In this document: positions 1 through 10,800 of the stretch, one piece after another
Layout of the letters: each line of letters begins with the position of its first letter
How positions within the stretch are numbered: position 1 is the first letter of the stretch
Origin: Isurus oxyrinchus
Taxonomy: Eukaryota
Direction: 5' to 3'
Assembly: GCA_026770705.1 (NCBI GenBank)
Contig: JANJGN010000021.1
Location: 111,476,001-111,540,000 of the forward strand
DNA length: 64,000 nucleotides
Translations under genes and position numbers: made by a program
Notes under the pieces: model-generated
Told to the model about the DNA's origin: nothing
The model's database searches: none
Seen by the model: the letters and a program-made list of their open reading frames with translations, nothing else

Positions 1-660
1 GATACACAGTAAGCAAGCTCACACACCCCATGATAAAGTGTAGAAATGAATACCCAGCAAGCAAGCTCACACGCCCCATGATAAAGTGTAGAAATGGATA
101 CCCAGTAAGGAAGATTACACACCCCATGATAAAGTGTAGAAATGGATACCCAGTAAGGAAGATCACACACCCCATGATAAAGTGTAGAAATGGATACCCA
201 GTAAGCAAGCTCACACACCCCATGATAAAGTGTAGAAATGGATACCCAGTAAGCAAGCTCACACACCCTTTGATAAAGTGTAGAAATGGATACCCAGTAA
301 GGAAGATTACACACCCCTTGATAAGTTTAGACTTGGATATCCATTAATGAAGATCACACGCCCCATGTTAAAATTTTGAAATGGATACCCAGTAAGGAAG
401 ATCACAGACCCCTTGATAAAATTTCGACATGGATACCCAGTGAGTAAGATCACAGACCCCATGATAGAGTGTCAAAATAGATATTTGGTAAGGAAGATCA
501 CACTACTCATGATAGATGGTGGACCTGGATACCCAGTGAGTAAGTCTACAGACTCATTGAGAAAGTGTGGACATGGATACCCAATAAGAAAGATCACACA
601 GCTCATGATGAAGTGTCGAAATGGATACTGAGTAAGAAAGATCACACACCCCTTGATCAA
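1..660 (+). repeat. 48-bp minisatellite (about 13 copies, degenerating rightwards; runs off the window start)
   Basis: Unit ATGATAAAGTGTAGAAATGGATACCCAGTAAGGAAGATCACACACCCC recurs at 30, 78, 126, 174, 222, 270...; the ORF track shows the 16-aa period MIKCRNGYPVRKITHP. Confidence 0.95.
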
Positions 661-929
661 AACCACTCCACTGCATCAACTGATATTTCCCACATTGATA
701 GGATGTGGTAGAAAGTAGAACATAACTTGTTTTAGAAATTAAATCATTCAACTTTCTGTTGTTCAGTAATTGGTTTCTTAATTTCTTCTAGTCTGCTTGT
801 TGAAAACATGCCTCCAGTGGCTCCCAATGCTTTCTAACATTTACACAATCGATTTTATATTGTGAACTAATTTATGGATATTAAAAGGTGCATCTCAACC
901 TTCTAGTTTGCTGCTTAGAATTAAAAAAG

Positions 930-1228
930 AATTAAGCAGAGATGTTTGATGTTTTATTTGATGTTTGCAACATCTCTAAGATTAATTCACATTCCTTAGA
1001 GGTCTGTAGTTCATATGCTGAAATTGTCAATTTTATTAACGTAATATTGAGTTAAATCTCAAAGGGGAAAATATTATCATTATTTTCACATCAACTATCT
1101 ATAGCGAGCTGGTAGGAGACCAAAATAAATGGTAACGATTTTCCACGATGAATATCTCTGCAGCGCCTAGTGTGTGAGGACAGATGAAAATCTCAGGCGA
1201 TTGGATTCTTCACCAGCAGGATCATCAA
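930..1228 (-). other. Candidate terminal (mostly 3' UTR) exon of the Ig-like gene
   Basis: Strong acceptor cttctcttttag|TTGATG at 1228; splicing from the phase-2 donor at 4537 gives AGT TGA (Ser-stop). Minus-strand AATAAA at ~1032-1037 and ~953-958. Unverified. Confidence 0.3.
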
Positions 1229-2169
1229 CTAAAAGAGAAGAATTGTTTCAATAGTTATCTCAAACAGGCAGGTTAGTGGAACTAAATTTAGAGTTTAGGG
1301 CATTTCTACGCGGACACAACGAGCTGAAATTATCACAAATGGATATTACAATTAAATGCTGCAATGATACATGATTTTTTTTTCGAAAAGGCAATGGGAC
1401 CCTCAGCTTTATGAACAGAAGCACAGGGCTGGATTTTTACTTGGAAGTAGGGAGAGAGTAACAGGAGCTGCATTTAAACTAAAAGAATAGGTTTCCCTCA
1501 GAGCCTCTTGGATTTAGTGGTCGGAGCTAATTAACACTTATTTTCTCGAATATTGCTAAAATGATAGACATGTTGAAACTTTATATCTTGCACTCATCAG
1601 GACAAACAAAGGAATGTCAAATTTCAAATCATCATGACAACTTATACCACAGGAGAAAAGGTTGCTATTGGTTTGGAAAGTCAACTCTGATTGGCTGAGG
1701 TGCTGCCATGGAGAAAGCAATGAGGGACTATGAGACTCCCCAATAATTCAAAAAAGGTGCAAGGCTTGAACATATTCCCTTTATTTGCTGGGATTTGGCC
1801 CATGTGCATGAATGTATGTCACTTCTAGCAAGTATAAATGAGCCACATTACAAGCTTGACTGATTATCTTAACTTGGTCATTTGTGTAATTATCAGCACA
1901 CTATCCATTTCCCAGCAGCAGCCAGAAGATTGAGAGGCTGGCTGGCTGTCAGGAAGATAGGCCATTAGCATAAGGCTGCAGTCAGGCAAATGCAGAGGAG
2001 AGAGGGAGGGAGGGTTTGGTAGATGGAGGCAGTGAGATGGATTATCAGAGGCCTGAGGAATCAGAGGCTGGGGGAGGTCAGAGGTCAGAGATCGGAGGCT
2101 ATTGGGCGGGGCCAGGTGGTGGGAGATCAGAGGCAGTGGGGAACTGGAGACACGGGTTGTGAGAGTGGA

Positions 2170-3775
2170 GGTAAGGGGTGGGGATGGTGGTGAGGATGGT
2201 GCTGAGGGGTGAGGATTGTGGTAAGGGGTGGGGATGGTGGTAAGGGGTGGGGATGGCGGTGAGGGGTGAGGATTGTGGTAAGGGGTGGGGATGGCGGTGA
2301 GGGGTGAGGATTGTGGTAAGGGGTGGGGATGGCGGTGAGGGGTGAGGATTGTGGTAAGGGGTGGGGATGGCGGTGAGGGGTGAGGATTGTGGTAAGGGGT
2401 GGGGATGGCGGTGAGGGGTGAGGATTGTGGTAAGGGGTGGGGATGGCGGTGAGGGGTGAGGATTGTGGTAAGGGGTGGGGATGGTGGTGAGAGTTGGGGA
2501 TGGCGGTGAGGGGTGGGGATGGCGGTGAGGGGTGAGGATTGTGGTAAGGGGTGGGGATGGTGGTGAGGGTTGGGGCTGGCGGTGAGGGGTGGGGATGGTG
2601 GTGAGGGGTGAGGATTGTGGTGAGGGGTGGGGATGGTGGTGAGGGGTGGGGATGGTGATGAGGGTTGGGGATGGCGGTGAGGGGTGGGGATGGTGGTGAG
2701 GGGTGGGCATGGCGGTGAGGGGTGGGGATGGCGGTGAGGGGTGGGGATGGTGGTGAGGTGTGGGGATGGCGGTGAGGGGTGGGAATGGTGCTGAGGGGTG
2801 AGGATTGTGGTAAGGGGTGGGGATGGTGGTGAGGGGTGGGGATGGTGGTGAGGGTTGGGGATGGCGGTGAGGGGTGGGGATGGTGGTGAGGGGTGGGGAT
2901 GGTGGTGAGGGTTGGGGATGGTGGTGAGGGGTGGGGATGGCGGTGAGGGTTAGGGATGGCGGTGAGGGGTGGGGATGGTGGTGAGGGTTGGGATGGCGGT
3001 GAGGGGTGGGGATGGTGGTGAGGGTTGGGGATGGTGGTGAGGGGTGGGGATGGTGGTGAGGGTTAGGGATGGCGGTGAGGGGTGGGGATGGCGGTGAGGG
3101 GTGGGGATGGTGGTGAGGGGTGGGGCTGGTGGTGAGGGGTGGGGATGGCGGTGAGGGGTGGGGATGGCGGTGAGGGTTGGGGATGGCGGTGAGGGGTGGG
3201 GATGGCGGTGAGGGTTGGGGATGGCGGTGAGGGGTGGGGATGGTGGTGAGGGTTGGGGATGGTGGTGAGGGGTGGGGATGGCGGTGAGGGGTGGGGATGG
3301 TGGTGAGGGGTGGGGATGATGGTGAGGGTTGGGGATGGTGGTGAGGGGTGGGGATGGTGGTGAGGGTTAGGGATGGCGGTGAGGGGTGGGGATGGCGGTG
3401 AGGGGTGGGGACGGTGGTGAGGGGTGGGGATGGTGGTGAGGGGTGGGGACGGTGCTGAGGGGTGAGGATTGTGGTAAGGGGTGGGGATGGCGGTGAGGGG
3501 TGGGGATGGTGATGAGGGGTGAGGATTGTGGTAAGGGGTAGGGATGGCGGTGAGGGGTGGGGATGGTGATGAGGGGTGGGGATGGTGGTGAGGGGTGGGG
3601 ACGGTGATGAGGGGTGGGGATGGTGGTGAGGGTTAGGGATGGCGGTGAGGGGTGGGGATGGTGATGAGGGTTGGGGATGGTGGTGAGGGGTGGGGATGGT
3701 GGTGAGGGTTGGGGATGGTGGGGATTGTGGTAAGGGATGGGGATTGTGGTGAGGAATGGGGATTGTGGTAAGGGG
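2170..3775 (+). repeat. G-rich 19-bp minisatellite (GGGGTGGGGATGGYGGTGA; variant GGGGTGAGGATTGTGGTAA; local 38-bp higher-order repeat)
   Basis: About 1.6 kb of directly visible tandem 19-mers; the two variants alternate at ~2240-2480. Confidence 0.97.
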
Positions 3776-3867
3776 TGTCTTTGATAAGCTTAATTCTCTA
3801 TCAGGAAAATGATGTCACCTGGGAAAACTGCAAACTTTAAACCCTCTCCGGGCAAGGTTATAATCTT

Positions 3868-4086
3868 AAGATAAAGCAAAAAAAACTGCGGATGCTAGAA
3901 ATCCAAAACAAAAACAAAAATACCTGGAAAAACTCAGCAGGTCTGGCAGCATCTGCAGAGAGGAGCACAGTTAACGTTTCGAGTCCGAATGACCCTTCAA
4001 CAGAACAGTTCTGTTGAAGGGTCATTCGGACTTGAAACATAACTGTGCTCCTCTCTGCAGATGCTGCCAGACCTGCTGAGTTTTTT
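3868..4086. mobile_element. Non-autonomous Penelope-derived hairpin element with two hammerhead motifs
   Basis: About 80-bp inverted arms centred at 4007; flanked by 15-bp TSD CAAGGTTRTAATCTT (3853-3867 / 4087-4101); arms match the ends of the PLE at 30663-33933. Confidence 0.85.
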
Positions 4087-4139
4087 CAAGGTTGTAATCT
4101 TGTCTCAATAATCCCTAATTGCTAGTAGATCTACATTTG

Positions 4140-4462
4140 TTTTCCTTTATTCTTTCATGGGATGTGGGCATTTGTTGCCCATTCCAGAGGGTAGTTAAGA
4201 ATCAACCACATTATTGGTGGGTGTGGAGTTACATGTAGGCCAGACCAGGTAAAGACAGCAGATTTCCTTCCCTAAAGGACATTAGTAGGTTTTTTAATGG
4301 TCATCAATTATAGTTTCTGGTGAGACTAACTTTCTAATTCCAGATTTTCTTTTGAATTCAAATTCCATCAGCTACCGTGGTAAGGTTTGAACCTGTGGCC
4401 CCAGCTCATTCACCTGGAGCCTCTGGATTATTCATCCAGTGACATTACCATTATGCCACCGT
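4140..4462 (-). mobile_element. tRNA-derived SINE
   Basis: Reverse complement has A/B-box-like GGTGGCATAATGG...GGTTCAAACC and the same body and tail as the copies at 17610, 27815 and 42310. Confidence 0.7.
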
Positions 4463-4532
4463 CTTTCATATGTGCAGGCCATTAGCATTTTCAAGATCAA
4501 ATAAGTTTTCCAGACCCATCGCGATCAGGAAT

Positions 4533-4855
4533 TTACCTGATTTGAAACCATTTTTCTATTGGGAATGTGAGAGACTCGTGTCCAACTACACACATGTATG
4601 TAAGTGTGCGATCCATGTCTACTAGGGTAATGGTCATCTGGCTGACTGTGCTGTATGTCCCGCTCGTGTCCTGCACCACCGGGAAGTTCGTCACACTTTC
4701 CAGCACTTGCAAACCCCTTTCGGTTCTCCAGGTCACATAAATATCAGCTGGATAAAAACCTGACACAAAGCAGGCCAGGGTCACTGTTTGTTGTTGCTGA
4801 GTGTCACCAGACTGAAGTTTGATGGGGGTTATCGTTGGTTGGTGGAAGAAAAGTT
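4533..4855 (-). CDS. C1-set Ig constant domain exon 3 (last recognisable coding exon)
   Basis: ttaacag|AA; VTLACFVSGFYPADIYVTW ... SGTYSTVSQM ... YMCVVGHESL. Ends ATC AGG TAA, which is both an in-frame stop and a possible AG|gtaaat donor. Confidence 0.9.
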
Positions 4856-7800
4856 CTGTTAAAAGCATAAATAAAATACTTAATCAACGGATATTGTCCA
4901 TCGAGGTCCTGACAGCCATTAACGCCACTTTAGAATGGGAGACTCAGTGTTTATTGATAGACTTGGTTTCTCACGGCCATGAAAATGGAATCAGGAAGCA
5001 GCTAGCGATGTGTCCAACATACTGGTAGAAGGTGCAGTACCACATGAACATTGTAAATATACTGGTAGAAGGTGCAGTACCACATTGACCCCACCTGCTA
5101 CTGAATCCACCGACTACAGCAGAACTGATAAATCAGGGGTGGCAGATGGATAACAGGTGGCCAATGCACAGATATGAGGTAGGATGTGTAACAGGTAGTC
5201 AACGCATGGATATAAAGCGTGATGTGTAACAGGCGGTCAATGCACAGATATGAGGTGGGATGTGTAACAGGCAGTCAATGCACAGATATGAGGTTGGGTG
5301 TGCAACAGGTGGCCAATGCACGGAAATGAGGTGGAATGTGTAACAGGTAGTAATGCACTGATATGAGATGAATGCATAACAGGTGGTCAATGCATGGATA
5401 TGAGATGGGATGTGTGACAGGCGATCAATGTATGGATATGAGGTGTGATGTTTAACAGGCAGTCAATGCACGGATAGTTGTGGGATGTGTAACAGGCGGT
5501 CAATGTATGAATATGAGGTGGGAGACTCAGTGCTTATTGATAGATTGGGTTTCTCACTGCCATGAAAATTAAATCAGGAAACGACTAGAGATGTGTCCAA
5601 CACATTGTGTAGAAGGGGCAGCATCACACGAACTACCTGTCATCGACTCCACCTGATATTGAATTCCACTGACTGCAGTGGAACTGAAAGATCAGGGGTG
5701 GCAGATGGATAGCAAGCAATCAATGCATGGACATGTGGTGGTATGTAGCAGGTGGTCAATGCATGGATATAAGATGAGTTTGTAACAGGCCGTCAATGCA
5801 GGAATATGAAGTGAGTTTGTAACAGGCAGTCAATGCAGGAATATGAGGTGTGATGTGTAACAGGCAGTCAATGCACAGGTATGAGGTGGGATGTGTAACA
5901 CGCAGTAATGCCCAGATATGAGGTGGGGTGTGTAACAGGCAGTTAATGCACAAATATTGCTTATTCTTCTCTACTGTCCAGAATGAATTTCTATCCTGTT
6001 ATTACAACCCAAATTTACTGTACTAGCCCGAATGTATTCACATGTAAAGCAGCGTCTGGTTTATACGATTTGGTAGCTTAGCCTTGAGCAGCCAATCGCA
6101 TTGTAAGCAAAAGCTGTAAAATTGGAAATTATAAATTTGAAAAGCAAGTTCTATACTTTAATGATGAGCTGCAGGAAGAGGAACACATAACTTTCCATTT
6201 GAAGGACTTTTACAGATCATCAAGCTGCTGTTAATTTGTATAATGGTTAAATGTTGAACTTAACCAATTGTTAACCATTCCCCCACATGTCCCCTGCCCG
6301 TTATCTGTATCTCCAATGTTCATGCATTACCATTCCTTTCAATATCCATACATTTCCTGCCTGTTATACATCATCCTAATGTCTGTGCATTGACTGCCTC
6401 TTATTCACACCTCCATATAGATTTACCATCCGTTCTTCATTTGTCAAATATCTATACATTAACTGCCTGTTCTTCACCCCCGACTATACCTATATATTTA
6501 CTGCCTGTTATCCAACCCCCGATATCCAAACATTAACTGCCTATTATCCGCAGCCCCCCATCAATTATTCATACTTTTATAGTCTGTTCCCCATTCCCCA
6601 ATTTCTTACATTTGCCGTCTGTTCTCTATCTCCTTGATGTCCAACCACCTGTTATCCCCAACATCTGTGCAATGATCTCCTGTTATCTGCCCTGCTCGAT
6701 ATTCAGTTCTATGACAGTCAGTGGAATTCAGCATCATGTGGGACATACAAGAGGCAGTCGATGTGATTCTGCCCCTTCAACATAATGTGTTAGACACACC
6801 TCTCGCCAATTGTTGACACCATGTTCATGGTCACAAGGAAAATACTTGATGAGCAGGAATTTTCTCCAATTAATTTTTGGGAGGACTGAAGCCATATGTC
6901 TTTGCCCCCCTCCCCAGCCCAGTCCCATTCCCTAGCTCCCAAATCCTTTTCTCTCATTGGCAACTCTGAGACTAAACCAGACTGCAAGATTGGTGTCACA
7001 TTCCATTCACATTTCAACACCGTCACTATGACGACCTATTTTCACCTTCGTAATGCTACCCGATTTTGCCCCTGCCTCAGCTCTTTTGTTGCCATAACCC
7101 TCGTCCATGCTTTTGTGCCCTCTGGACTCGATTATTCCAATGTTTCCCTGGCTGGCGTCCCACCTTCTATAAACTGGAGGTCATCCAAAACTCTGTTTTC
7201 TTTGCCCTTACTCACACCAAGTTCCATTCCTCTTTCACTCCTGTCTCCACTGACATACACTGACTCCCAATCAAGCAATGTCTTAATTTTAAAATTCTCA
7301 TCCTTGTTTACAAATCCCTCCTCCATAACTCTGTAACCTCCTCCAGCCCCACAAATCGCTGATCATCCAGTTTTGGCCCCTTGAGATTCGTCAGTTTTAA
7401 GCACTCCACCATTGGTGGTTGCCTAGGCCCTAAACTGTAAAACCCATCTTTTTGACCAAGCTTCATGAATATGTCTCAGTCTCTATTTGTGCTTCATAAC
7501 ACTCCTGGTGGGGGGGTGGGGGGATGGGGGTCTGGTAAAATTAAAGATGCTATATAAATGAAAGTTGTTGTCACAGCAGATATATATGAGATTAGTTATC
7601 AAGTCAAAGAATTATCTAGTCAAAGAATCATTCAAGGCAAATACATACATTTCCAATTTGTAATCAAATGGTGAAGAGAAAAATGGAGAAAGATTGAAAC
7701 AGAGTTTTCCTACCCAGAGTTTTATTGATGTTTTGAACGATCCCGTCAGGCACTGACACATGCTGAATCTCACATGAATAGACAGAGCCATGGTTCCATT

Positions 7801-10800
7801 TCTGAGCAGATGTAGTCAACTCACTTTGGGAACAATAGGTGCCATTGATATTTAGAACGGGTGGGTAGCTCTTGATGTTGTCGACCACGGGACTGTTATC
7901 GATGAGCCAGTGGAAGGAAATTTCCATCGGGTAAAAGCCAGTTGCCAGGCAGGTGAGGGTTGCCTTTGCTGTCATGTCAATTTCTTCGAAGGTCGGTGGT
8001 AAAATATAAAGCATTGGCTCCATTGGGTACCGCTCTACAGATCAATTACAATTGCACTGGTGTCATATCAAGAGGTTGAATCAACATAGGCATCCTAGCG
8101 AGAATGACCAAGTACAAACTAAATACTTGCATGAAGGAGGCCCTTTGGCACCCATCACCGCTTTTAGACGCTGCCCACAAAGTTCAAATTGGAGCCCCCA
8201 CACCCCTCCGCTACCCCCCCCCCACCCCAAAAACCCTCACTAACTAATTCCTGGAGAACTGGGTGTTAACCACTTAGATCACACCTTTCTAAAATACCCA
8301 CCTGCCTAAGATTACATTGTGGAATTGAATTGTTCCTGAAGTAAATCCAGTGTGTGGGATCCAATCACCTTCCCTGGCAAGCAGCTAGTGATCACCCTCT
8401 ACGTGAGGGATTTTTAAAAAAAATTCATTTACAGGACGTGGACATCCCTGGCTGGTCCAGCATTTATTGCCCATCCCTACTTATCCTTGAGAAGGTGGGT
8501 GAGCTGCCTTCTCGAACTCCTGTAGTCCATGTGGTGTAGGTACACGCACAGTACTGTTAGGGAGGGAGTTCCAGGATTTTGACTGAGCGACAGTGAAGGA
8601 ACAGCGATATATTTCCAAGTTAGGATGTTGGGTGACTTGGACGGGAACTTTCAGGTGGTGGTGTTCCCATCTGCCTGCTGCCCTTGTCCTTCTAGGTGAT
8701 AGCGGGTGTGGAAGGTGCTGTCAAGGGAGCCTTGCTGAATTCCTGTAGTGCATCTTGTAAATGGTACATACTGCTGCCACTGTGCGTCGGTGGTGGAGGG
8801 AGTGAGTGTTTAAGGTGGTGGATGGGGTTCCAATCAAGCGGGCTGCTCTGTCCTGAAAAACGTGCTCTTCACAGGCCTTGTTACATCTCAGATTGTCTAC
8901 TTCCCAGTTCCAGAAAGACTGAAACAGGCAAGGAGGCCAATGAGGTTGGAAATCATCTTGGATAGAATGGGAGTGTTTGGAATCAGCTTCTTGAATTCCA
9001 TAGAACTAATATTGAGAGGTGAGTCTGCTCATTTTGTGCTCATGCTGGAGATGAATTTCTACCCCAGAATGGCACTAATAAAAACTCAGTGTAAACCTTA
9101 CCAGTATTACTGATGTGCTTGGTGATTGGTGAAGCCAGTGTTTCATGTGAAACTTTGCAGCTGAGAATAGAGCCTTTGATCCACTGAGATGTGTCAATTA
9201 TCAGTTTACTGATCTTTGTGTAGGTGCCATTGTCAGCTAATAGGGAAGCAGAATGCGAGACTCCTGAGTGGACCTTGTCACCATCTACGTGCCAGGAAAT
9301 GGAAAGGTCATCAGGGTAAAAGTTTTCGGCCACGCACAGCAGTGAAATGTTCTTCTGTTGGAAAATGTCCTCAGGGTGTGGATTGTGGAAATGAACCAAC
9401 GGAGGTGCTGGTGAGGGAGCTGAAATGGAAATAAAACTGTCATTAAGCCAACAGCAACCATATGTAAACACAACCTGATACAAATATTGACAACATAAAT
9501 TTACTGTGTCAGGTTTGAATTGATCTCTTGTGTTCAAGATTCAAAGATGGTAACATATTAACACATTGGGCGGAATTTTATGGCCCCTCCCGCTGGCTGG
9601 ACCTTCCAGTCCCACCAAAGACAGTGGACTTTTGAATGGCTGGCCGCGTTTTCTTGCCCCCAGCCCCCCCACTTTAAAATTCCCTCTATTGTTCCTATTA
9701 AACCTGGGCTCTACCGATGGCATTGGGGTAAATGTGCTGCATAACGTGGCATGAAGTCAGATCAAATGGTGACAGAAAGGGACATGGGTGTGCTTGTTCA
9801 TAAGTCACTGAAAGCTAACATGCCAGTGCAACAAACAATTAGGATGGCAAATTGCCTGTTGGCCTTTATTGCAAGAGGATTTGAGTACAGGAGTAAGGAA
9901 GTTTTGATGTAGTTATGTAGAACCTTGGTGAGACCTCATCTGAAGTCTTTGTGTGTAGTTTTGATGCCCTTACCTAAAGAAGGATATACTTGCCTATTGA
10001 TGGAGCGCAGTGAAGGTTCACCAGACTGATCCCTGGAATGGTGGGATTGTTCAATGAGGAGGGATTGAGAAGACTGGGCCTGTATTCTCTAGACTTTAGA
10101 AGAATGGGAGGTGATCTCATTGAAGCATACAAAACTCTTACAGGCCTCGACAGGGTAGATGCAGGAAGGTTGTTTTCCCTGGCTGGATGGCAGTTGGTGG
10201 GCGGGGGGGCGGCGGTGGGAAGCTGGGCAAGGAAGGGTGGTGGGACTAGAAGCAGGGGACCAAGGGACACCATCTCAGCATAAGAGGCAGGCCATTTAGG
10301 ACTGAGATGAGGAGGAATTTCTTCACTCAGAGAGTGGTGAATCTTTGGAATTCTTGAACCCAGAGGGCTGTGGAGATTCAGTCATTGAGTACATTCAAAG
10401 CAAAGGCCAGTAGATTCCTAGGTATTAAAGTTATTGAGGGATATGGGGATAGTGCGTGAAGATGGTATTGGGGTAGAAGATCTACCATGATCCAGTTGAA
10501 TAGTGGAGCAGGCTCGAGCGGCCGAATGTCCTACTCCTGCTCCTATTCCCTATGTTGCTGTGTTCATAGAGGTAGCAGAAGACATCCTTGTATGGTTGTG
10601 CAATGACCTGAGCTCAGCTTATACAGCTACCCAAAGTGTCTGGATGATAAGAAGGGGGAATTTAGCCTGAAATCCCAGTCCTGATTATTGCTAAGTGAAC
10701 CTTCCTGAAAGTCATTTTACTATGGTAGGTGAAGAAGGCAGGAACTAGATTCAGGCCTACATTGAGTGGCTACGTTTAAAAAGGAACAGGAGTAGCCCAT

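Noticed and set aside
1-660. CRISPR-like array
   Set aside because: Head-to-tail repeats with no unique spacers, in a eukaryotic context, with no cas genes.
2099-2710. 203-aa Pro/His/Thr-rich ORF resembling a mucin or hinge exon
   Set aside because: It is the translation of a 19-bp minisatellite (period not a multiple of 3), with no convincing splice sites.
2170-3775. Ig class-switch region (GGGGT pentamers)
   Set aside because: It lacks AGCT/GAGCT motifs, lies 3' of the last C exon and is G-rich on the template strand; switch regions lie 5' of C genes and are G-rich on the non-template strand.
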